Assembly: GCA_951406725.2 (NCBI GenBank)
Contig: OX597816.1
Span: 100,688,001-100,752,000, forward strand
DNA: 64,000 nt
Source of the DNA: Octopus vulgaris
Taxonomy: Eukaryota
Direction of reading: 5' to 3'
Below the pieces are notes generated by a model, which had not been told where the DNA came from, made no database searches, and was given only the letters and a program-made list of their open reading frames with translations. Both the position numbers and the translations under genes were made by a program. Positions 53,706 to 64,000 of this stretch are shown piece after piece (position 1 is the first letter of the stretch; every line of letters starts with the position of its first letter).

Positions 53706-53889
53706 ATTGTTGTTATTAGTTGTAGTATCATAGAGGGTAGTGGTTTGACAGAATCATTAGTGTCATCAACATCATCATTATAATTACTATTGTATATTTC
53801 CCTTCTCAGAGTTCTCGATTTCACTTGCTCCAGCTAATTCTGTTGTCAAGGGTCTAACAGGGTCTTCTTCCATTATCATTAGTATTATT

Positions 53890-54405
53890 GAGTGAGAGAG
53901 CAGTGCATGCCATCGAAGTGGCACTGAAGTAAAATATATGAAGCCCAGTATACCCATCATGACTGCCTGTCTGATAAAGGTACATCAGGCACATGCATCA
54001 CAACCATAAGTGCGTGACATGATGATCTCATATCAAGATAAACAGCACATTAGAATTTTCTTCGGGTCGAGTAGTCCATCCCGCTCAAAAGGTCAGCTAA
54101 ATAAGAGTTAAGGATGTTGAATGAACCACCCATGTTTCCAGAGGTGAATTATTCAAACCTCTAAAAATTCCTTTCAACACATGGCTACTTCTGCTCATGA
54201 TCAGAGATGCACATATCGTCAGCCACTAAGGGACATGGTCAACTGGTTATGGTCAAACAACTGACAAGCAAATCTGTGGTATTGAGCAGAATATTTGCTG
54301 TAGCCCATCTCTTATACCAAGACAAAACAATGTCCATGATAACACTTCCAATCAGTTAAGATCAGAAGCCATGAGAGCCACTGTCTGGTACTGCATCAGG
54401 GCATT
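53890..54405. mobile_element. interspersed repeat of about 515 bp embedded in (TAT)n microsatellite, class uncertain
   Basis: Higher-GC block with sharp borders between tattatt runs; no coding similarity recognised. Confidence 0.5.
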
Positions 54406-55950
54406 TATTATTATTATTATTATTATAAGCATGATAAGCCTTATGGCCATTATTATCATTATTTTTATCATACATATCTTTTATTCTTATAGCAATAATT
54501 GCTTTAATCATCATATACATCACATTCTTTATTATCATTGTTACTTACTGGCAAGTGTCAAAAAGTAGAGGTAAGTTCTCAGTGAATTGAATCTGGAGTC
54601 TGGTTTCAATTCCTGATTCGAACCATTTCACTTTACTTATGACACAAATGCCCTTGGAAAGGTATGAATGTCACCACTTTCCATTTCATTTTCCTAAACT
54701 GCTCAGGCTTTATCTTCATAAAAATATCAGTTATTGTATCATTATTAATTTGTTAATTTAGTTTTCAGCTTCAGGATAACTACAAGTGATATCAGTTTAC
54801 ACTTGATGTTAGTTGTGAGATAAAATTAATGACAGAATCAGTGATCGATTTAAGGATCGGAATTATTGATAGAGAAGCCAACTAGAATTTCTATCTTGAT
54901 TATTATTATTTTTTTAATTTATGATTTAAATTGCTCAAGTATGCTGGCTGATATACATTATTTTAGGACCTTTATGCAGGTAGATTGTGTTTGAATATAA
55001 ATTGCTATGCTAATAATTTCTTTACAAATAGCATTGTCTACAGAAATATTTAGCAGCTGTATGATGCCTCCCAGCTTTTAAAGGCTTTTTATTTGGCTGT
55101 GTCACCTGGCTTTATCAGAGTCAGCTAAAACTGAAAATATCAAGATATTTGAAACCAAAATTAATTTTTAAGACTCTAAGCTAAAAAGATATGATTTATC
55201 TTATTCTCAAACTGAGGCAGATGTGGAGTCATGTTTACTTCAGTTTATTGATATAAAGCTGCAGTTAAAAAGAATAGAATATTTTCAGATTGATAATAAA
55301 ATTATTTATCTGTTCTGTTTTCTGTTAACTTGAAATTTGGATAAAATTATTTGCTTTTCATTTTATTTCTGTGGAAATGAAAAAAGAACTCAAAATATGT
55401 GTTCTGCTTTCTTTGAAATTCCTCTAGAAAGAAGACTTCCTGTCAATGTTGTTCTTGTTATCATTAAGCAAAGCATGTTAAATAAGCAATTTATTCAAAT
55501 TTATTTTCTCATTGCATTTTACTTCCAGTGTTATTTATTTTCTTTCTTTTTTTGTTCTTCCTGCTGCTGTTGCAATACTGTTGCTATGACAATGACTTCT
55601 GCTTACATACAACAAATCTAGCCCACTGCTGCTAGCAGAGTTGAACCTTCAACCTTTAGAAATCTAAAATCACTCAAGGCAGCCATTCCAAATCTTCAAT
55701 CTCCCTTTGCTTGCACCCTTTGTTAATATCTTAATATCCACATCCCACTGAATTCAAATCTTTTTCCCAAAATGAAATAGACAAGAATGTTAACTGTAGT
55801 TTATGAATAATACATTTTGATAAAACTAAATTTCATGACAAAATTAATCAAATAAACAAAATATTTGGATTATACTGAGAACGGAATTAAAAACTAAAAG
55901 CTGAAAGAATCTTGAAAAGTATTTCTAACTTGAAAATATGTTTTTAATAG

Positions 55951-55986
55951 ATGTCTTGGTAGGGAGAGCCATATCTGCTACCATTT
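55951..55986 (+). CDS. candidate 36-nt alternative exon of the sif-like gene (D-VLVGRAISATI-F)
   Basis: Branch-point-like ttCTAAC at about 55925, acceptor tttttaatag, donor TTT|gtaagt. Symmetric phase 1-1 matching this intron, no stop codon. Confidence 0.5.
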
Positions 55987-56913
55987 GTAAGTCTTTTGAC
56001 TGGCTATTCATGACTTATACGAGGACTTTGAAAATCTTATAGAACACCTCAGCAATTTGTTTGACAACCTCGTTAACCACGTTATTTCATAAATTCCTTT
56101 TGATAAGAACCAATAGTTATTACACTACATAAACGATAAATGTTTCTTCATTATTTTTATTTATAAAATAATTATTTAATTATTATTTAGTCTGTCTTTC
56201 TAATTTACATTTTCAAAAATTGCTGCTGCTCTGTGCTTGCAAACCTCTGTGAATTTATGTCTTCTTGTCTGTTTCCCATGACTAAATGGATATATAAACA
56301 TGGATTTGATGAATCTCTAAATTATCTGGCACCAACTGTGTCTTGAATCCTTGCTCTATAGTAGAGTTTTACTAAAATGCATATTTAAAAAATGAGCATT
56401 TAAGTGTATATGATGATACATTGATACATGTATATATCTATATGCACATAGATATATATGTATTTTCAAATATCATAATGAACTTATGCATCAGCCATAT
56501 GTTACCAATTTCAAATATTTATAGTTAATGAAGAAATTGTTTTGTAGAAGACTTTATATTTCCTAATAACTTAAACAGTTAAACACTTGAATAAAACATT
56601 TTGTTCATTAGATTGTAATTTTTCTTAGTTATAATTTGTTTTTATTTCTACTGAAATATTTTCAAGATTCAATATAATGAAACAAAACAATGTTTAATGA
56701 CTACTAAATTATGTTTTCCAACATGAAAATTTCGACTGTAATTATATCTTGTCTTGCCAGTATAACCCTATTTTATTCCTCTTTTCCCCTTTTACCTCTC
56801 TCCTCAACCCTGTCCTTCTGATATCAAGTGAATTTTCTATCAACAGCAGCAGCTCACCCTGGTGACTGCTCTGCAAGCTATATTGAATTTTAAAGGTGTT
56901 CGTTACTTTTCAG

Positions 56914-57011
56914 TCATCGAAGGCGGAATAGCACAGGCCGTACCCGAACACCCCAAGAGGGAAAATATTTTCTCTCTCAGCACTGCATTTGGAGATGCTT
57001 ACCTATTTCAG
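56914..57011 (+). CDS. sif: sif/TIAM1-like PH domain exon ([33 protein letters not shown])
   Basis: Acceptor ttacttttcag and donor CAG|gtagta; 98 nt, phase 1 to 0, in frame (G+TC = Val). PEHPKR...[12 protein letters not shown] matches Drosophila Sif as I recall it. The next exon was not found in the window. Confidence 0.95.
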
Positions 57012-59210
57012 GTAGTAAATATTTCTTTTTGTTTTGAGTTTCTTCTTTTATTCAAATGAAAGTTTGGAGGGAAAAGAAGCTTTCAACTCTTTCAAGTTTC
57101 TTGTTCTTTTCCCTTGGTACTCTACTTATCAATTGTACAGCATTAAATGTAGAGTCTTTTTATCATTGTTTTTCACATTAAATGCTAAATATTTTGAAAA
57201 TAAGAATTTTCAACCTTTTGATTTTTCTTATTCTTACAGCTTTGAGTTCCTTGCTTAACTGGCAGTGAAATATTAGAAGTGTATTTTTTTTTACTTTTTT
57301 TTCTTAAAGATTTTTCAATAATTTGGGTTTTCCTTCTTCCAAATACACAAGATTTGGGCAATGAATTTTTCAGACTTACATTCATCAGTATATATTAAAA
57401 GTCATTTCCAAAATTATATCCTCTATATAGTGAACACACTTTTTGGTTATCTACTACAACTGTTGAAGAAGTGTGAAAGTGAGATTAACTGCTGGGTGCC
57501 TATAGTAATTTTCTAAATGATTTGAGTTGGTATTTCAGTTACATTGAAACAAAAATTATTAGTGAATTTCAAGCACTGTTCAATTTCAGAAATATAAGTT
57601 TGAGGACGAGTTCTCCCTCATCTCTTTTTGCCTGTTTTTGACATTTTAATATATTGAGGAATGAAATCTGAAAAACTTCATATTGAGGTGGTATGTGTAA
57701 AAGAAAAAATAAAATATTTAAGTAAAATATCTAAAATCAAATCAAAATAAAACTGAAAAGAAACCAAGAACTGAGGCAACTTTACAACTTGACAGTGATG
57801 AGGATGTGGATGATGATTGACACTGCTATTAGGTAAACTTTCTATTATCTGCTTTGTTTTAATCCTTGTATCATGTAGCACCCATATGTGTCAGAGGTGT
57901 GCCAGTTGCAAGTAAGAGAAGAAAGTCAACATTGTTCACAAAACACTTGTCTTTACTCCACTTCAGAAATAAAATCATGGATGGGATTAAGTAGCAGATT
58001 AAGTAAAAGAGAAAGATTAACTGACTTCAGTTTAATGTCAAGCATAAAAATCTTCAGTTTGACCCTTTAAGTTAATGAAATTATCTTAAGGACCTGACAT
58101 TATGAAATGACATCTCTGTGATAAGGTTTTGTTTCTGGATACCAAGTTTTATGCAACTAAAAACTAGTTAGTTGTAATTACTAAGAGTGCAAGAAGCCAG
58201 TAAATTGAACAACATGTTGTCATAGACACACACTCACGTTTGTGTGTATGTGTGTGCATGCATGCATGTGTTGAATGTATGTATATTCAATAACAATTTA
58301 CCAGCACTCACTTCTGTGCATATATTAAAGAAAAATAAATACCTGGCAAGATCTTCACACTTACAACACAAAATTGACTCTCTTTCTATCACTTATAATA
58401 TATATCAAATATTGTCTGTGCATGTGTAATTTTACATGCCATTACTTGATACTTTATGCTGAGTGTGTTAATGTTCATAAAGAAGCTTACTACATACATT
58501 TTTACTAAAGTAGCCTTATGGTTTAGATAAATGCCTTAGAGACATTGAGGGACATTTAATCACACTATTATGATTGTAATTAATATAAATGAAGGTGACT
58601 AAGTACATTAATGCCTTCCTTATAATCATCTAGATCCTGCAACTCAAATGTACAGAGCCAATCTCTTCCATGACAATGTGGATTTCTACATCTTGTAATT
58701 TGAGCAATATTGGCTTCTTTTCTTTGTGCACACATCTGACACATGGACTAGAGCATGGGCTAGAGTTGGCAGAGATAAAGAGAAACTGGGTAGATGTTTG
58801 TTGCATCTCCTGATGGAAAGAAGCATGAGAAAATCAAACAAAAATGATTTATTATGAAAGACATAATGCAGCCTTACATGTGTGCTTGAATAAAGCAAGA
58901 AGTGAGAAACTTAATACATTCATTGGTTTACATGAAATTCCATGAAGGAATTGGTCTTGACCAAAGGTACCTGCAACATTTGACTTCAGAATTCTGGATA
59001 ATCTGTTAAGTTTTGAGAATAGTTTGGGTGAAAGTTATTGAATATGTTCTTTAAATCTTGAGAGCAGTAAAAATTGATATCTCATTAACTGAAACAAAGT
59101 TATAATGAACAAATGTTTCAATTTCATTTTGATTTCAATATACTTGAGCATTTCCAGACTATTCATTACATTGTGGAAAGCTAATGCTGTTATTTTTGCT
59201 TTTAGTCTCC

Positions 59211-59255
<45 letters not shown>

Positions 59256-61524
59256 CCCTCATACAATAAGTGCAAGAAGGTTTTTCTTGTCTTATACCAA
59301 AGTATCTTATAAATTTATTTACCATGCCTGCCATGAAAACTAACAGTATGTTGTTAGGGCTTAAGGAAATATTAAGATCACTGCTTTGATTTGAAACTTA
59401 CATCACACAATTTTGCAAAAATAGATCTTATCTTCTAATAATTAACAGTTGTTTAAGTGTGTGTATGTGTGCACACATGTAGGGACTTTTGGTGTGATAC
59501 GAAATCTAAAAGTATTGAGTTCAAGCGCAGTTTGGTTGCAGAAAAAAACATGTGAAATCTCTTTCTCCCACACTCTATGTCTCTCAATGGAAATTACTCT
59601 AAACTGAAGTCATAATTGCAGTTCACATAAACTTTAAAAGCATTTAATCTTGTCCTGCTCTGCCTGCCTATGTTTGGAATTTCATTTAATCCACCTCCTT
59701 ACCACTCTCATTGAACCTGATTGGTATATTGTACATATGTAAAAAGGCTGCTTATCTGGGTACCCACATCCCTTCACTTCACTTGTTTTCCTCCTCAAAT
59801 TCACTTAAACTGACTTTGTTTGAAAAACAATCTCTGAGAAACTGGTAAATGACTTTGTTTTCTTACTAAGTTTTATCAATACTGGGTAGAACAAAGCATT
59901 ACTTTATATAAGTCATCTGTTTTGCAACTATGATGGTAATTTCTGATATAATATATTCTTTTTATTAACTTTGGTTTGGAAATTTTCATAAGAAACAAAA
60001 ACCTTTCAAAGAAATAACAATCATAGTGAATCTGAAATATCTAATAGAAACTAGGCAGCATCCTAGTCAATTGACATGAAGGGAAGATGTTACATAAATT
60101 TCATTACATACTTTTAACTGCTACATATTTATAAACTGTTATTTCACTGTCTCTAAAACTAATCAAACTAGATATTTTACCTAAGTAGGAAACGTAAGAA
60201 TTGTCATGTGTTGGAGAAAAAGTTTTCTGCTGCAACTTTCATGTCATCAACTATATGTGTGGCTGAATATCCATATTTTAATAGGTGTGCTGTGAGAAAG
60301 AGAGAGGCTAGTAGTTCATGTGGAAGATCCCACTTAAAGCTTTGTCTCTAATTCATTTTACAACATACATCTTTTTTTAAAGAAATTATTTGGTCTAGGA
60401 CAGTACTTTTATCTTACTTTCTTGACAGCTTTTGACGTGACCACTTTTTCTTTTTATTACCATCCTTCATATTACAACAATATGTTTTCCTTAGATCTAC
60501 ATTTCCCACTATTGATATTTCTGTCAATATATTTTGTACACAATAGATATTTAAAAAAAAAAAGAAGCTACCTATTACCTAATGCTAGTTTTAAAAAATA
60601 GGTAACTATGGACAGAATCTTCCTTCAAATATGAATATCTATCCAAACATTTAGTCAATGATATGACAGTTACAGAAAGAAATTTTCTTTCCACTCGTGA
60701 AAACTAGAAATAGAAATGATAAGATGATAATAGTGACTGAAACATTTAATTCAAAAAGTAGTATCAATAAACTTGGCTATTTTTGCAACATGCTACTGAA
60801 GTAATTTTAGATTTCCCATACACTGCTAACTTTCTTGTACCATAATGTAATAATCGTCTTAAGTAAAAGAAAATGAATTTAGGTTAATCCAGCTAGTCTA
60901 TTTTCTGGATCAGCTGCTTTGGGCTTGTGTTTGAGCAGCTTAGAAAATAAGCTATAATAATTTCTGAAGTGAACTTTCTGTTAGTGATATTTTAATGTGA
61001 ATTAGAGAGAGGGATTTTACATAGATTGAATGATTGACTAACATGAGATGCCTGCTAATTACATTACTAATGACCTGAAAATATATTTAGGAAGGCAAAT
61101 AAACCATGTATCTTATAACCATAGATGAAATGAAACTTAGCAAACTTCAAACAATCTTTAGCTAGAGATAAAAAGTAAAAGCAAATAAAGAGAAGATATG
61201 AAATATAAACTGAAAATAGAAGTTATTTAAAAATTTTACAATTAATAATTTCTTTATACTAAACAGTGGATGTTGTACAATAAGGGAGAATATTCAAAAT
61301 CAAAAAGGTTACTCTTAAAGGTTAAAACTAAAAAACATATTTAGACTAAGAATAAGCTTTTTTGAAGCAGACTCAATTGTGAACCATTTCAAAACCATTT
61401 TCCTATCACAATTACCAAATATTTAAATCTTATACCATTGTATCATTCAGATAGCACACAGAATCTGCATTGTCTTCTACTAGCCCTCTCTGTTTGATGC
61501 TGTTCTTTTAAATCCTTTCTTGTA

Positions 61525-62754
61525 TTGTGTTGTCTGGAAAGTTCGTGCCGATTTTTAAAGGAAAGCAAAAGGTCAATAAATACTTGCCATTACATTTTTA
61601 ATCAGCCAAATATGAACCATTTTTTGCCCAATGCATCTCCATCTTTCCTTTAACTTGAAAATACCCTCTTGATACCATCAAGGTATCTTTTTATGTCATC
61701 CAAGGAATTGAAATTTTTACCATTAAGACTATTCTACAGAGACCTGAATAAGTGGAAATCCAAAGGAGCAATATCTGGTGAATATGGAGGATGGGGTAAC
61801 ACATCCCAGCCGAGCTGCAGCAATTTTTGTCTGGTTCCCAAAGAAACGTGCAGTCTTGCATTATCATGTTGGAAAACAACACCCTTCCTGTTGGCCAATT
61901 CTGAATGTTTCTCTTGAATTGCTGCTTTTAACTCGTTGTGTGCAGTATTTCTCAGAATTAATTGTCTGGTTACTTGGAAGAAGCTCATACTACAGAATTC
62001 CTTTCCAATCCCACCAGATACAAAGCAAGACTTTTTTAGGGTGAAAACCCGCTTTTGGGGTGGCTACGGGTAGCTCATGTAGCTTACTCCAGGATTGCTT
62101 TCTCCGAACATTTTAGTAGATAATCCATTTCTCATCTCCTGTCACAATCTGCTTTAAAAAAGGTGCATTTTCATTCCATTTATAAAGTGAATCACAGATG
62201 GAAATATGATGCTAAAGGTTCTTCTCACTCAACTCATGTGGTAACCAAACATTGTAGCAATTTTTGTACCCATGCTTTACCAGGTGCTCATGAACAACGG
62301 ATTTTGATAGGTTGAGGCTTTCTGCCAATTCTCAGGTTGTGAAATCTGGGTTATTCTCGACTTGATTTGGTCATCATCTGCAGTGGATGGTCTGCCTGAT
62401 CGCTCTTTATCAATAAAGCTACAATCTCCAGCTCAGAACCTTGCGAACCTCTTCTGTACTGTTCTTTTGGATAAAGAAACATCACCGTAAACTGCGCATA
62501 TTTCTTTGGTTGCTTGTGAGGCATTTTTTCCTTTACGAAAAAAGAAAAGCATCTAGTGCCGAAAATAAAAACTTTATCTTCCATTTTAAAGGGTTACAGA
62601 ATTAACACAGGTTATAGGAACAAAAACCGTCTTCCTCGAAAAGATAGCTTAAACTGTGCTCTAAATGGAGGTGCAGTCAAATCCTATTTTATGTTCTAAA
62701 ATAAGTCGAAAGGCAAGCTACTATAAATCGGCATGAACTTTCCGGACAACCCAA
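61525..62754 (-). mobile_element. near-full-length defective mariner transposon, mellifera-subfamily-like
   Basis: TA target duplications; TIRs ttgtgttgtctggaaagttcgtgccgattt and aaatcggcatgaactttccggacaacccaa. Transposase starts at ATG 62584 (MEDK...ICAVYGD) and includes VFQHDNARLH and HPPYSPDIAP. Frameshifts and stops. Confidence 0.95.
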
Positions 62755-64000
62755 TATAATATAGAAATGCATAAAAAAAAACTAAAATAACTATTTGATA
62801 TTCCGGGAGGTAATACTTTTGAAACTTCCAGCTTCTTCCTTATTTTTTTAGATTTTATTTTGTTAAATATAAATATTTTGCCCCTCATATTAAATTGTGT
62901 AGAAATCATTAAAAGTTATATGTTTTACTGTTTGTGCTTAATTATTGCTTATCTTCTACTTGATATAACTTTATAATAAACGTTGATTCATAAAATAACA
63001 GCATGATGATAGTATTATCAGTTATAACTTTTATCCCAGTACATTTAATTGAAATAGTATGATAAAAAAATTAAATGAAATTAACTTTCTGCTATCGTAT
63101 AAATGTTAGGCTTAATTACATATATACAAGTGTTTCAAAACTGGTATTTGCTTTTCTTCAGATATATGTTAACTTCATTTTCGTGTAAGAGTTGAGCCTT
63201 CTCAACTACATCATCACTATCACCAACAAAATTTTTATATTTGATTTCCATGATAGCATGGCTTGACCTGGTCATTACAATCTGAGTCAGTTCTTATTCA
63301 GTGTACTCCCCACCCCACCCCCACAAATTGATTGGCAGGCTACAACCCACTGAAACCATTTTATTTTTAACTCCAACTACTTTACAATGTATACTGCGTG
63401 CATTGTAATGTGGCACCAGCACTAGTGAAACAATCATATCTTTGGACTGACTAAAGGAGCTTCTCAACTTTGTTTCCACTCAGTTGCTAAACGCTTTAAA
63501 GCGTGTACTAAGGATGCACTCACACTATTGAGATTTCCTTATGATTTTCAAGACTAAAAAATTCTCACTACTTGTGGTATCACCTTATGCTCAAGACAAA
63601 CTAACCAAGAAAGTGAACTGAAGAGGGAATGGGTAATAAAACTATGATAGGGCAGGAAGCAGAATGATTAGTAAGAGTAAGTAATGGAAGAGGATCAGTG
63701 CTAGAGAGAGAATATAAGGGAACAGAGTGATGGCACAGTAGATAAAAAAAGGGTGAAGGTGTATGATAGCGCATCAGGGAACAGCTGGAGTTTTAACAAA
63801 TGTATATTGTGCAAACAGTCAAAATACATGTGGGTGGCACTGGACAGAGACTCAACAAGGATATGTTGTGTCTCCTTCCCTCTATCACTATCATCTCTTT
63901 AACATTTGCTATACCTGCTTACATAAGTGGCTGAAGCTTCCCCAGTATACATGTCTCTAACTGTTGTGATCCTTTGTCATCTTTCTCATGAAGCTCATCA

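Noticed and set aside
54556-54570. 15-nt in-frame phase 1-1 segment (V-SKSR) with a strong GAG|gtaagt donor
   Set aside because: Weak AAG acceptor with a poor pyrimidine tract, and it lies in the head of a degraded tRNA-SINE-like repeat. Probably chance.
56862-56913. ORF-track N-terminal extension [17 protein letters not shown]
   Set aside because: Intronic read-through. The upstream CAG acceptors would be phase 0 in this frame and incompatible with the phase-1 donor at 42342.
57888-58070. ORF containing STSEIKSWM, loosely like the PH C-terminal helix (ELENWI)
   Set aside because: No phase-0 acceptor at the right position and the following residues do not match IHSACA. The true next exon is probably beyond the window.
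63162-63184. ttttcttcag|23 nt|gtaaga exon-like segment
   Set aside because: Not frame-preserving and no similarity to the expected PH continuation.
254-63960. Most short ORFs in the supplied six-frame track
   Set aside because: Low-complexity, microsatellite-derived or transposon-antisense translations typical of AT-rich intron DNA, with no recognisable domains.

Overview
AT-rich, CpG-depleted, microsatellite-rich eukaryotic DNA. The SINE families and gene layout point to an octopus (inferred, not checked). The whole window appears to lie inside one large plus-strand gene, a still life (sif)/TIAM1-family Rac-GEF. Three phase-compatible exons (30428-30531, 42173-42342, 56914-57011) encode most of its N-terminal PH domain and are separated by introns of about 12 and 15 kb. 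The introns are filled with decayed transposons: three SINE families, RTE, L1/Tx1, R4/Dong and CR1-like LINEs, Gypsy LTR remnants, mariner/Tc1 elements and a TTAA MITE. Three things deserve follow-up. First, a set of candidate frame-preserving micro/mini-exons, including a 36-nt exon that would insert into the PH domain. Second, several hammerhead-ribozyme motifs of Penelope/retrozyme type. Third, several long intronic inverted repeats that could form dsRNA. Almost all ORFs in the supplied track are spurious or transposon-derived. No prokaryotic system is present, and all novel calls here are hypotheses that need RNA-seq or alignment support.
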